NCBI GenBank assembly: GCA_030704615.1
Contig: CM060734.1
Location: forward strand, 39,060,001-39,124,000
Source: Takakia lepidozioides
Lineage: Eukaryota; Plantae; Bryophyta
Direction of reading: 5' to 3'
DNA length: 64,000 bases
Shown: positions 25,384 to 40,515 of the stretch, piece by piece
Position numbering within the stretch: position 1 is the stretch's first letter
How the letters are laid out: each line of letters opens with the position of its first letter
The notes under the pieces: model-generated
What the model saw: only the letters and a program-made list of their open reading frames with translations
Database searches by the model: none
Told to the model about the DNA's origin: nothing
Translations under genes and position numbers: made by a program

Positions 25384-27645
25384 ATGGCAGGGTTGCATCA
25401 GGGACAAATGTTTGTTGGACTCCAGACTTGCAGCTGGGGTAGCACCTTGATTGTCACCTCGACTAAAAGAGCATCAAGAGAGGGAATCAACAAGATTATG
25501 TCTGGCACTTGTGTCGATGTGGTGGCATTGTGCAAGGAGGGCAGACTGAAGGAGGCGCTGCATATTCTGGATCAACAAGGCGTTCGAGTAGACTCCAATA
25601 CTTACATTTATCTCCTGCAGGGGTGCATCAACATGAAAGCCCTGGCAGAAGGGAAGCGAGTGCATTCCCATATTATCCGGAGTGAATTCAGGCCGAGCAT
25701 ACTGGTAGTAAACACCCTCATCAACATGTATGCCAAGTGCGGGAGCATGGTAGATGCACAACAAGTGTTTGAGGAAATGCCTCAACGAGATATATTCACA
25801 TGGACCACGATGATGGCAGGTTACTCCAAGCAGGGGCGTGCTGAGGAGGCTTTCAATATCTATGAGCAAATGCTTAGGGAAGGAGTGACACCCGATAGGG
25901 TCACATTTATTTGCGCTCTCAATGCGTGCTCCAACCTAGGAGACCTGGGAAAGGGCAAGCAGGTACATACTGACATCGTCAAAGCTGGCACCGCATCATA
26001 TATCAAACTGGAAAATACACTTGTTGTCATGTATGCCAAGTGTGGGAGCTTAAAGGATGCACGTCAGGTGTTCGACAAAATGGCCAAAAGAGATGTGATC
26101 TCCTGGACAGCTATGATCGCAGGATATGCTCAGCATGGACATGGGGAAGAGGCTCTTGCAATATATGCGCAAATGCGTTGGGATGTGGTGATGCCCAATG
26201 AGGTCACATTCATCTGTGTTATCAATGCCTGTGCCAGCCTTGGAGCTCTGGAAAATGGCAACCAGGTTCATGCTGACATTAGCAAAGCTGGGATTGCTTC
26301 ATGTATTAATTTGGAGAATACCCTTATTGACATGTACGCCAAATGTGGGAGCATAAAGGACGCACGACAAGTGTTCGACAAAATGGCCAAACGAGATGTG
26401 GTCTCATGGAATGCGATGATTGCGGGATATGCTCATCATGCGCATGGTGAAGATGCTTTAGACATTTATGAGCAAATGCAACTGGAACAAGTGACACCTG
26501 ACAGGGTCACGTTTATGTGTGTCCTCAATGCGTGTGCGAGTTTAGGAGTCCTGAAAAGGGGGAAGCAGGTTCATGCTGACATCAGAAAATCTGGAATTCC
26601 TTCATTTATCAATTTGGAGAATACTCTTGTTGACATGTATGCGAAATGTGGGAGCTTGAAGGATGCACGCCAAGTATTTGATAAAATGTCCCAACAAGAT
26701 GTGGTCTCATGGAATGCAATGATTGCAGGATGTGCTCAGCATGGGTGTGGTAAGGAGGCCCTCCAACTATTTGAACAAATGAAACAGAAAGGCTTGAAGC
26801 CAAACAGCGTCACCTTTATTTCTGTCATCTCGGCATGCAGTCATATGGGCCTAGTGAATGAAGGCCGTCTTTACTTCGACTCCATGAGTTGTGATCATGG
26901 CCTCACACCTATGGTGGAGCATTTTGGCTGCATGGTGGACCTCTTTGGCCGTGCAGGGCGGTTGGACCTGGCAGAGGACTTCATCAGAAAAATGCCGATA
27001 GAACCGGGGGCTCCGGTTTGGAACACCTTGCTTGGTGCCTGCAAAAGTCATGGCCATGTGGAAGTGGCAAAACGTGCTGCAACATGCATTCTTGAGAGGC
27101 ATTTACAACAAGCTGCACCCTTTGTGCTGCTATCTAATGTCTATGCTGCATCGGGCAGGTGGAATGATAGAGTGAACGTGAGAAAAGTGATGGAGGACAC
27201 GGGCATCAGAAAGGAACTAGGGCGTAGCTGCATTGAGATCAACAAACAAGTGCATGCATTCATTTCAGGAGACAAATTACATCCACAAATTGAAGAAATC
27301 TGTGTTGAGCTGAAGACATTAGATGGGAGAATGAAGGAGGCCAGATACCTGCCTGACACCCACTTAGTATTGCATGACGTCGAGGCGCAGCAGAAGGAAT
27401 TTTCCTTGTGTCATCATAGTGAGATGCTGGCCATTGCACTTGGGCTCATCAGCACATCCCCAGGGGCGCCAATCCGTGTCATCAAGAACTTCCAAGTGTG
27501 TGGTGAATGCCACACCACCACCAAGTTCATCTCGAAGATTTCTGGGAGACCAGTCGTTGTACGGGATGCCAATCGCTTTCACCACTTCCACGATGGGGTT
27601 TGTTCTTGCGGGGATTATTGGTGGCAACCATTTGAACATGGTTAG
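25384..27645 (+). CDS. PLS-class PPR-E-DYW RNA-editing factor (PPR gene 1) with a 7-aa C-terminal extension
   Basis: Four S motifs (L.xMYAKCG) in P-L-S triplets, then P2-L2-S2, E1/E2, LGRSCIEI box, HSEML, CGECH, CSCGDYW followed by WQPFEHG. Start is either ATG 25384 or a splice acceptor at 25383/25391. Confidence 0.93.
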   Translation: MAGLHQGQMFVGLQTCSWGSTLIVTSTKRASREGINKIMSGTCVDVVALCKEGRLKEALHILDQQGVRVDSNTYIYLLQGCINMKALAEGKRVHSHIIRSEFRPSILVVNTLINMYAKCGSMVDAQQVFEEMPQRDIFTWTTMMAGYSKQGRAEEAFNIYEQMLREGVTPDRVTFICALNACSNLGDLGKGKQVHTDIVKAGTASYIKLENTLVVMYAKCGSLKDARQVFDKMAKRDVISWTAMIAGYAQHGHGEEALAIYAQMRWDVVMPNEVTFICVINACASLGALENGNQVHADISKAGIASCINLENTLIDMYAKCGSIKDARQVFDKMAKRDVVSWNAMIAGYAHHAHGEDALDIYEQMQLEQVTPDRVTFMCVLNACASLGVLKRGKQVHADIRKSGIPSFINLENTLVDMYAKCGSLKDARQVFDKMSQQDVVSWNAMIAGCAQHGCGKEALQLFEQMKQKGLKPNSVTFISVISACSHMGLVNEGRLYFDSMSCDHGLTPMVEHFGCMVDLFGRAGRLDLAEDFIRKMPIEPGAPVWNTLLGACKSHGHVEVAKRAATCILERHLQQAAPFVLLSNVYAASGRWNDRVNVRKVMEDTGIRKELGRSCIEINKQVHAFISGDKLHPQIEEICVELKTLDGRMKEARYLPDTHLVLHDVEAQQKEFSLCHHSEMLAIALGLISTSPGAPIRVIKNFQVCGECHTTTKFISKISGRPVVVRDANRFHHFHDGVCSCGDYWWQPFEHG

Positions 27646-28689
27646 TCCTCCCGCGTCATATTCATTAAAGTAAAACAGAAGGCAGTATGGCTGGGGACAT
27701 AGTGCTGGCATTGATAAGTTCACAAGGGGGCAGATCTAGTTCTAAGGTTCTCTCAAGCAAGTAAATTTTTTTTAAGGGACACTCTTCCGGATGCATTTTT
27801 TCTTGACATACAAGATCAGCATATTTTATGATTTCCATTACTGAGGAGGATGGTGCTGACATTTGCTAGCCTTGGGTGTACGAGGGGATGAACAAATAGA
27901 TACAGCAGTCAGTGTACATGGCAAGGTTTGGCATGTTCTATGTATACAGATTTTGAATGACAATATTTTTTTTGTTCTCACTTGTATGTCTGGAGGTTGT
28001 CCATCTATATACTGGAGTTGGCTATGAACTCTCTTTCTTAGTGACACCAATAACTCTAGTGAGGTGTAAAGAGCTATGCCTAAAAATCCAATGGCATGCT
28101 GGCAAGCTCTACCAGCACCTTATCATCGACTTTGATCTTCCCCCCTGGTAATTTATGCATCTCATCTCTGGAGATGGATTGGTTCATATGGACCTGAAAT
28201 GTGTCACATCACCCTAGTTCCGGTGGCCTGGTTATCAAATGCTCAATAGTTTACACCCAAACCACATTATTGACAAGGGAAACATCATTCTGCACAGACA
28301 CATCACTGTTTGATGTGCCCTGACTAGTGAGATTTCACATATTGTTTTGATCATTGCAATACTCTCAGCTCCGCCACTGTCAAACCTTGCCTTTAGTCAG
28401 CAGGTTGCTCCCTAGTGGTTATAATGCTCCCTGGTGGTCTATATTTGTCAAAAATTCCTCAGGTTTCTTTGTTCGGATTTCTCCTTCAGGGCTTGTAGTG
28501 AGGAAATCACTCACCAAGTCCGGTGCAAAACCAGGCTATCGCAAGCCCTGGTTGTTTCAGGGCACCGGATATTGGCACGATGAGTACCAGCAATATATCA
28601 CATTTGGAAATTTGCTTAGAAGGCCAGACAAGGGACAAAGTGCAGGAGGATTGGTAAAGATGGGGTCACAGGTGTTGCATGGTGAACAT

Positions 28690-30010
<1,321 letters not shown>

Positions 30011-30599
30011 CCAAGTCCGGATGGATGAATGTTCTCGTTAGGCCACTCTTAACACTGTTCTTTTTTCTGTCGAAAATAGCCAGATTTCTCCAAAAACTAC
30101 TGCCCGGGCCACCTTCTAACGTGGAATTCAAGGATGAAAAAGTTCAGTTTTCGCCCTAAGACATCCACCATAATAAGTCTTTCGGCTGTACTCATCATCC
30201 CTTGTGGCCACACGCGAACTAGAGAGAAGCTCTGAGTATGTCTCTCTAACATATGTCTACTGTTCTTTCTGATGAAGCACGCACATACGTTGGAGCAAAA
30301 TTACACCTTGCCTGTTCAAGAGTGGTCGAGACTCGATGTAATGTAGCTGCTCCTTGGCTAAGGACGTTGCTTGTTGGCGGGAGGCTCGCATTCAGCTGGC
30401 ATCGTAGAAGGAATTGGCAGGTAGTGGGATGTGGGACAAGATTGGGGAGAGCCTGACTTGTGAGCTAGTTTCGTATGGAAGACAGGTGGTTGTGAGCACG
30501 TTGAGCTCTACGGAATCACAGGATTCAGGTTGCTCTTTCTTTCCCTCCCAAGTAGGGCATGGAGTCTTGGTACCCACATCCTCCTTAAAAAGCACCAAT

Positions 30600-31030
30600 T
30601 GCTCTGCATCCTATCTCAGGGCATATCATGGTCATGCCAAGGGTCCTATTGGTAGCCATACTAAGCCCTATCCCTGTTTTAAAAAAATCATGACGAAGAT
30701 GACCGAAGGTGGTGTTTGTGAGGAAGAGGCCTGACTCAAAGCCTGTTAATTTCGTGGAGTGCACAAGACAGTCCTTTTTCGTCAATTACAACATGGACTC
30801 CAAACCACTACTCCAAGCCAAAGCCAAATGGGCAAGCTGGGAGAATGCAGGATTCAGTCATCTTGGAAGTGTGTGGGAACATGGTGAACTCCTGCCACTC
30901 ACCATGATCGCTACGTTGATGGGACCTAGGAAAGTTCGGGCTTGGCGATCAATTTACTCTCGAATTTCTCCATATATGCTACCCTTGATGCAAAACCCTG
31001 TTCCATTCCCAGTTCTTCCTGCATGATGGG
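30600..31030 (+). mobile_element. Possible degenerate LINE (L1/Tx1-like) ORF2 C-terminal remnant
   Basis: Stop-interrupted frame ...ECTRQSFFVNY...KWASWENAGFSHLGSVWE loosely resembles the post-RT region of L1-clade elements. No RT core seen. Confidence 0.25.
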
Positions 31031-32968
31031 GTGGAATGCAGAGACTGCTGCTACGTTTATCTCCACCCTTAGTCTTACATATGAGCTTGCAATACCTGAT
31101 ATCAGATTTTGGTGGGCTTTCCACTCATCTCACCCTGTCAAGTCCCCACGTAATCACGTTGAACCTTTTGGCTTGGGTAGGTCCATGTCAAATTCGTATT
31201 ATGCTACCTGTGTATCCTCATAGAAGTCACTGTATAGAGCAAATATGGTGGCAGTGATGCACAGTCTTTGTCAACCGGAAAGTATGTATATGTCTGTTTT
31301 CCACAGTGCTTTTGTTGAAACGACATGCACCCTACTTTTTTCTTTCTGGGCTTTGTCAGTTGGTCTGTCTCTGAGTGTTCTTTACATGCTATTGCCACTG
31401 AGGTTGCAGGCAAATTTCCCTCAAGTCCGCATCAGCATGTGAAGAAGCTGCAGAGCAAATACTTTTCAAAATCAATGGGTGCGAAAAGGTGATTTCCTGT
31501 TATGTTACATCAGAATCAGTCCACAAGAATATTGAAGAAACCCCTCACAAATTGTCTACCCTCTCTCTCTCTCTCTCTCTCTCGCCCCCCTAGATGTAAA
31601 AAGAGTTCTTTGGCTTTTGCTGTCCTTGTGAGTAAGGCTGGCTTGAGTGCCTCTTGTAACATAGTGATGTGCAACCACTCACACAATGCTAAATCAAACT
31701 TATACCGTCAGCTAAAGCACTTGAAAGAAAACTCAATTTCCTGGAGTTTTATAGGTTGTGCATAAGGTCTAATGCAAGTTTGGGTTAGTGCCCCATGCAG
31801 ACTAAGCCCTTCAAGGTATGTTATAGCCAATGTTAGCAGGGAACTGTCAATGAGTACATCTGCCCTTTTCCATCAATGCGTTGGCAGGCAGTGCAATCTG
31901 TCACCTTTCTAGTATGATGGCAGTGCGAGTGAATTGATCAACAGCTAATTCCCTGATACTGGACACCAAATCTACGCACAACAATCTGTTGCAAGGTAGA
32001 GGGCCAAAGGAGCAGTGCTAGAATTAACCTCATGCTTTCTAGAATAAGGGCAATTCACAGCATAAATCAACATCCCATTCGCTATACTGTTGGCTGTATG
32101 TGAGTGGCAAGGAGATGTCTGGGCTGTCACAAGTACCCTGCTGGTGTGAGTCCTCATGAGAAGATGGATGGTAAACTGAGAGTTCTGTTACCAGCATAAG
32201 CTTTCAGAGGTTTGTAATGTCAAAAAAAATTGTTACTTTCTTTCTACACGAGGCTGAGAATCTCCTGATGTTGAAACATTGTTTGGGCTGCTTGTTCAGA
32301 AACCGCATTCCTTTTTGTATCTTGCTTCCCTTCGTCCCAAAAGTGCTTTGAGCTTTCCGTGGACGTTATAATGTTTGTTTCATTCTTTCTTTCTTTTCCT
32401 ACATCTCATACCCACATGCCTGTCTGTAGTCTTTCCCCCAATTTTGCACTGTGTTCACTGTGATAGGTATGATGGGGTGTCTTATTGTGAAGGGGAATTG
32501 TCAGGGCATTTTCAGTATGACAGTTCCTCCTTTTTTACAGATGCAGACCTTGATCTCTCTTTCAGTTACAGAGGGTGTTCTTCTAAGTACTTAGACGAAC
32601 TATAATGTCTATGAGGGGAGACATTGAGCAACCCATCCAAGGAGCAGAGTTTCAGAATAAAGAATTGTGGGCACAAATGGGGTACGAATTGGGTTTTCCA
32701 GTGTGAAGGTGGATGCAGTTGGTTCTTGGTAATTGATACATACAAGGACAGTAATGGTATTGCAGCTGGTATCATGGTGTAGGTGCTGCAAGCATACACC
32801 ACCTTCAAGCTCTGGAAGTGTAGCGAACATATAAGCTGTGGCAATATGTAGCAGGGATCTATCTGTCATCATGAAGAGCTCTTTCTTTGAAGTATGCAGG
32901 AGCTTTGAGATGTAATGTGTGAGTTTGACTGGCAAGATTTGTAACCAGGGACTTTTGAATCATGCAGG

Positions 32969-35186
32969 GTGACAGGGTTGAATCAGACCCAGTTGTTTAA
33001 ATCACCCGCCTCGACCATGACTACAGATTTTGGAAGAGGACCAGTACAGGGTGTCAACACGAACTCTTGCAGAGATGTGATAAACCTGTGTAAGGCAGGA
33101 CGACTGAAAGAGGCTCTGCACAAGTTGAACCAAGGAGGCATTTCAGTTGACTCCAATACTTATGTCTGTCTCTTGCTGGAGTGCATCAGACTTAAAGACC
33201 TAGTAGTGGGAAAGCAGGTGCACACCCACATTAGACATAGTGCATTGAAGCCAAGCACCTTTCTGCTCAACACCCTTGTCAACATGTATGCAAAGTGTGG
33301 GAGTATGGTGGATGCACAGCAAGTGTTTGAGGAAATACCTGAACGAAATGTGTTTACATGGACTATACTGATAGCAGGATATGCCAAACATGGTTGTGGT
33401 AGGGAGGCTATCCAGATCTATGAGCAAATGCAACGGGAAGGTGTAACACCAGACAAGGTCATGTTCATTTCTGTTGTGGATGCATGTGCCAATGTAGGAG
33501 CCTTGGGAAAGGGAAAAGAGATACATGCTGACATCATTAAAGCTGGAATTGCTTCATATATCAATTTGGATAATGCCCTCGTTAACATGTATGCTAAATG
33601 CAGGAGCATGAAGGATGCCAGTCAAGTGTTTCACACTATGGCTGAACAAGATGTGGTCTCATGGAGCTCGATGATCTCAGGCTTTGCTCAGCATGGGTGT
33701 GGTGGTGAGGCTTTTCAATTTTATGAGCAGATGATACGGGAAGGGGTGATGCCCAACAAGGTCACATTCATTTGCCTTCTCAATGCATGTGCCAGCATAG
33801 AAGCCCTGGAAAAGGGAAAAAAGGTCCATGCTGACATTTTGGAATCAGGAATTGAGCCAGATATTGTTCTGGAGAATACCCTTTTGGACATGTACTCCAA
33901 ATGCGGGAGCATAAAGGATGCACGTCAAGTGTTTGATAATATGGTTGCAAAAGATGTGGTCTCATGGAATGCAATGATTGCAGGATATGCTCAGCATGGA
34001 TGTGGCACAGAGGCATTCGAGATATATGAGCAAATGCTGTGGGAAGGGTTGACACCCAGCACGGTCACTTTCGTCGGCATTCTCAATGCATGTGCTAGCT
34101 CAGCAGCTCTTGCAAGGGGCAAGGAGATTCATGCTGACATAATCAAAGCTGGAATTGAACCAGATATTATTCTAGAGACTGCCCTTGTTGCCATGTACGT
34201 CAAATGTGGGAACCTGGAGGATGCGCGTCAAGTGTTCGACGGGATGGCTCATCGAAATGTGGTCTCATGGAGTGCAATGATTGCAGGATATGCTCAATAT
34301 GGGTGTGGCAGGGAAGCCCTGGAAGTATTTGAACAAATGCATCAGGAAGGCATAAAGCCAAATGGCATCACCTTTATAGGCGTTATCTCTGCATGTAGCC
34401 ATGTGGGCCTAGTGGATGAAGGTCAACACTACTTTGACTCTATGAGTCAAGAGCATGGTCTTACACCTACAATGGGGCATTTCAGCTGCATGGTGGACCT
34501 GCTTGGCCGTGCAGGGCGATTAGTCGAGGCAGAGGAATTCATTTATAAAATGCCAATCAAACCAGGTGTTTCAGTGTGGGGGGCCTTATTGGGTGCCTGC
34601 AGAATTCATTCTAATGTGGAGTTGGCAGAACGTGTGGCAAAACTCAATCTCATGTTGGATCCACAGGATGTTGGAACTTATGTGCTTCTATTGAACATGT
34701 ATGCTACAGCTGGCATGTGGGATGACACAGCAAAGGTGAGAAAAATGATGCAGGATAGAGGTGTCAGAAGGGAGCCAGGGCACAGCTGCATAGAGGTGGA
34801 CAACCAGGTGCATACATTTGTTGTAGATGATAAATTGCATCCACAGATTGAGGAAAATCCATGCTGAGCTGAAGAGATTATCTGGGCAGATGAAGGAGGC
34901 TGGGTACGTGCCTAACACACGTTTTGTGTTCCATAATGCGGAGGAAGAGGAGCAAAAGGAATCTTCTCCATGTCACCACAGTGAGAAGCTGGCCATTGCA
35001 TTTGGACTCATTAGTACACCACCAGGGAGGCCTCTTCTTGTCATCAAGAACCTTCGGGTGTGTGATGACTGCCACACATCCACCAAGTTCATCTCGAAGA
35101 TTGTTGGGCGAGCAGTTGTTGTACGGGACAACAACCGGTTTCACCACTTCCAAGACGGGTTCTGTTCTTGTGGGGATTACTGGTGA
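32969..35186 (+). pseudogene. PLS-class PPR-E-DYW gene 2 with a +1 frameshift separating the DYW domain (could be an assembly error)
   Basis: ORF 32969-34867 holds the PLS array, E1/E2 and PGHSCIEV. The A4 run at 34854-34857 (gaggaaaatcc versus gaaatcc in paralogues) shifts the frame. The DYW frame to 35186 is intact (HSEKLA, CDDCH, CSCGDYW). 5' exons were not identified. Confidence 0.88.
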
Positions 35187-35266
35187 CACAAGCAACATGC
35201 ACAAATTTGACAAGAGTGCATGTGAGTAAGAGTCTTTGGTTACGACATCCAGAGGAGGCCAAAAAG

Positions 35267-36622
35267 GCAACCCTGGAGGAGGCCAAAAAGGTCCATGCTG
35301 AGATCTTGAATGCTGGAATTGTACCGAGTATGATTTTGAACAGTACCCTCGTTGACATGTATGCCAAATGCATGAGCATCAAAGATGCACAAGCTGGACG
35401 AGATGTGGTGTCCTGGAATGCGATGATCACAGGATATACCCAGCATGGGGGTGGGATGTAGGCTTTGGACACCTATGAGCACATCTTGCAGGAGGGGCCG
35501 AAGCCCAACCATGTCACGTTTGTTTGCATTTGCAATGCATGTGCAAACCTGGCAGCCCAAGGAAAGGCAAAGAAGTCCACACTGACATTATGAAATCTGG
35601 GATTGTACCAAATGTAATTCTGAACAACGCCGTTGTGGAAATGTATGCCAAATGCAGGGGTATCATGGAGGCGAAGGAAGTGTTCGACGACATGGCAGAG
35701 CGCGATCTTGTGTCTTGGAGTGCAATGATCGCAGGATGTGCTCAGCATGGCTGTCTTAGGGAGGCCCTGCAACTATTTGAAGCTTTGCAAAACGAAGGCT
35801 TGAAGCTGGACATTATCATTTCTGTTATCTCTGCATGTAGCCATGTCTGCCTGGTGGATGAAGGCAAACTTTACTTCAATTCCCTGAGTCAGGATCATGG
35901 CATAACGCCAACAGTAGAGCACTTCGGTTGCATGGTTGACCTTCTTGGCTGTGCGGGGCAATTGGATGAGGCAGAGGACTTCATTAACAAATTGTCAGTC
36001 AAACTGGATGCTGTGGTGTGGAAGGCCTTGCTTGGTGCCTGCAGAATTCATGGCAATGTGAAGACGGCAGAACATGCAGCAACATCTATTCTCATGTGGA
36101 TCCAAAGGATGCTGCAACTTACGTGTTGCTATCAAACATCTATCCTGCAGCTGGCAGGTGGGCTGATACTGCAAAGGTGCGAAAAATGATGAAGATCAGA
36201 GGGGTCAGAAGGGACCCAGGTTGCTGCTGCATTGAGGTCGGCAACAGGGTGCACACCTTCATTGTAGATGAAAAATTGCATCCAGAAACTGAGGAAATCC
36301 ATGCAGAGCTGAGATGATTGTTGGACAGATGAAGGAGGCAGGGTATCTGCCTGACGTGCGCTTTGTATTGCATGATATGGAGGAGGACCGAAAGGAATTC
36401 GCTCTTTGCCACCACCGTGCGAAGCTGGCCATTGCATTTGGGCTGGTCAACACGGCCCCAGGAACTCCTCTTCGTGTTATCAAGAATCTCCGCGTGTGTG
36501 GTGATTGCCACACGGCCACTAAAATCATCTCAAAGATTGTTGGGCGAGCAATTTTTGTACGGGATGCAAACCGCTTTCACCACTTTGAAGATGGGGTTTG
36601 TTCTTGTGGGGAGTACTGGTGA
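35267..36622 (+). pseudogene. 5'-truncated, decayed copy of the 3' half of PPR gene 5 (PPR-E-DYW)
   Basis: Near-identical to ~48240-49620 and its 3' flank. TAG at 35459-35461, several frameshifts and deletions, catalytic HxE changed to HRA, same CSCGEYW end. Confidence 0.9.
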
Positions 36623-37800
36623 ATGATTTTTCTCTTGTAAGGTGTGGGTGTCTTGCTTCATTCATGCAGATCAATTTCTGAGAGTATCGACTACGACCTG
36701 CTGTGGAATGCATTTTCCCTGGCATATCAGCACCTCCAAGAGTCTATTGACACTTCCCCATGAGGTCGAAACTGAGCCCAAAATTGCACTATGCTACATG
36801 TGATCTCTGACAGGTCGGTACGCCGATTTCTGGCATGTCAAATCTTCTCCACTCCCTTTTCCAGAGTGACATGGAACAGGGTGACACCAACTGCAATATG
36901 GTTAGAGGCATTCAACAGTTGATTTACAGGGTGGTCTATATCATGCTAGAATACAAAATGTGGATGCCTTGGCTCCACATTTGTCGGCAGATTTGACATG
37001 GCTATTGCTTACAGACAATAGCAGTGGCAGGAATTGCACCTCCCCATTCCCTTAGGCTGGGTAGAAGGTGTAAGTCTGCTTGGGTTCATATTTGCATCTA
37101 ATAGTTGGGATACACGAGTGTTACTTGAATGCATTTGACAGTGGGATAAGTATAGACTAATACTTGGTGACATTACGCCGTAAATGCATTGCACCTACAA
37201 AAAATTCAACCATCAGGAGTTCCATCAAGGAATGAATTCTGTAGCCCTTCTTAGTGGGAATTGCCTTCCGTATTCTCTGACACTAGCTTGTGTACCGCAA
37301 TAGTTTGGAATTGTTCCTTTTGTGCTGGGCATGGCCTGGCTGTGGCTGGAGCTTGTTCAATGTTCGGTGATTGAGCTGGTTTCTGTTGGTGCCCTTGAAG
37401 TGTGGCTGTTCTTAATTTAAAGAATCCAACTGGGTTTGACCGGATTGAGATTTCTGGAGTGGATTAGTTGTGGTGCTTTGTAAAGACTCAATTGTGGGCT
37501 TTGGATCCTCCTATCCTCTGTGGTACTGCACATACAATGGGGGAATGTAGCTAGATGACAGAGCTTGACTTTGCTAAGCATATCACCACCTCATTTGCCA
37601 CACGTTCAGAAAGTACACCAGTATGTTCTGTACACCCGGAAATCAGACCCCTACACCATGGTGTGTTGCTTTACTTATAGTCACACTTCACAGGCTGCCC
37701 AAAATATAAAGTGCTTGATGTCCACGAAAAATTAACTATGGAAAGCTAACTGATATTGCATTAGTTTTATTGATTGTTTTTATTAAAAAGAGATACATAG

Positions 37801-38385
<585 letters not shown>

Positions 38386-39715
38386 GCTCTTTTGAAGAGG
38401 GTTTAGTCTTGGTTTCGGGCTTGTAGTTCCTGAAGTGGACGGGGTTGTCCTCAATGGCAAGAATGTGTTCCCGTGGATCTGATGTTTTCTTACTAGGTTG
38501 TAGTCCCTATTTGTTTGATGGAGCATCTTCCTTATCTAAGTGGGCATGTTTCTGTGGAGGGTTTCCCATCTTGTTCGAGTTGGGATTTACTTGGAAGGGC
38601 AGGTGAGAATTTCGAACATTTTGTATCTGCTAATAGCAGTGCTCTAACAGAGTTTTCTGTGAGGCGTGGGTGAAAGTAAAGACTATCCTGTGACCTTCTG
38701 TTTCGGGCACATTCGATGTCAATGTCGTTTTGTGCATCTTGGAAAGGATGCTTGCTTCCGTGAAGATTTGGTTCTTCTTTTGAATCTTGATCAGGAAATC
38801 TAGACTCGAAGAATCTTACTAGCCAAGTCTACTATTCAATACTGCCAATGTAAGGGGTTCTTGGTCACTGACACATGCCAATCAAGTGTTAAGTCACTTT
38901 CTAGTAGATTGTTGTGTAGGATCATCCTCAGATAACTTGCACAAGCTTGGATGCTGTGTGACAGGAGATGGAGTTGTGCTTGAAGTGTATTCGTGTGTTC
39001 CCAAAGGCAATCCCTGGTGTCTGAGACCAGACAGTTTTCCTTCTGTGGCCAGGGTTGAATACTGACCAATGTCTCTCTGACCCTTAGTCCAGCACAACAT
39101 TTCTGGTCTTCCACCTGAACACCTTCACTACAATCCAGCTCTGTTTCAACCGGAGACTTAAAAGTTGGAGGTAAGAGCTTGTTTCCTTATAACTTGAACA
39201 ATCTTGCCTTGCGAAGCACAGAACATGCTTCTAACAGTGAGCTTCCAGCTCGATCAATGCCATGATGTAATCTTTAAATGGGTAGATGATCAGCCTTGCT
39301 TAGCACCTATCCAGCCCCTTCCAAATATCCTCCCACAGAACCTTAAGCTTCTGCAAAGCCTTCTGGCTTGGCTTTTGTTACCACATAATTCCACCAACCC
39401 CACACCCATGCAAGCAAGCACCATCCAGTGATGAAACCATGGGACTTTCACTGATGCTGGCTGTTCTAACTAATGCTAATGTAGTAAAACATTGCAGGAA
39501 GTTTCATGAAGTCCACAGAGGCTGCTGACAGGAGAGAGAACTTTACAACTGCAGTGCCCTGCTCCAGAAAGGGACATTGCCAAATGTGGGCATGTTCACC
39601 ATGCAACGCCTGCAACTCATCTTCACAAATCCTCCTAGTACCTTGTGCCTTGTCTAGAACAATAAAAACAGATGTGAAATCTCACTAGTCAGGGCACAAA
39701 AAACAGTGATGTGTC

Positions 39716-40490
39716 AGCAGACAACCTTCATTCACTAGGCCCACCTGACTGCATGCAGAGATGACAGAAATAAAGGTGATACTGTTAGGATTGAAACCTT
39801 TCTGTTTCATTTGTTCTAATAGTTGGAGGGCCTCCCTACCACACCATGCTGCGCACATCCTGCATGATTGCATTCCACGAGACCAAATCTTGTTGGGAGA
39901 TTTCATCAAATACTTGATGTGCATCCTTTAAGCTCCCAATTTTGCATACATGTCCACAAGAGTATTCTCCAAATTCATAGATGGAGGAATTCCAGAATTT
40001 CGGGTGTCAGCATGAACCTGCTTGCCCCTTTTCAGGGCTCCTCAACTCGCACACGCATTGAGGACACACATATGCGTGACCCTGTCAGGTGTCACTTGTT
40101 CCAGTTGCATTTGCTTGTAGATGTCTAAAGCATCTTCACCATGTGCATGATGAACATATCCCGCCATCATCGCATTCCATGAGACCACATCTCATTTGGC
40201 CATTTTGTCAAACACAGACGTCCATCCTTTATGCTCCCACATTTGGCGTACATGTCAATAAGGGTATTCTCCAAATTAATACATGCAGCTTTGCTAATGT
40301 CAGCATGAACCTGGTTGCCATTTTCCAGGGCTCCACGGCTGGCACAGGCGTTGATAGCACAAATGAATGTGACCTCTTTGGGCATTACCAAATCCCAACT
40401 CTTCCGCATGTCCATCCTGAGCATATCCTGCGATCATAAGCTGTCCAGGAGATCACATCTCTTTTGGCCATCCTTTAAGCTCCCACACTA
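39716..40490 (-). pseudogene. Heavily deleted inverted copy of the middle of PPR gene 1
   Basis: Fragments ALENGNQVHADISKA, INLENTLIDMYAKCGSIKD and EALQLLEQMKQKGFNPNSITFISVISACS match ~26040-26870. Many frameshifts. Confidence 0.85.
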
Positions 40491-40515
40491 ACCGCACTGA
40501 CCCTGGCTCCTAATG

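Noticed and set aside
31561-31583. (CT)n microsatellite; also a 23-bp tandem duplication at 50891-50936 and (CA)n near 52280
   Set aside because: Ordinary simple repeats with no sign of function.
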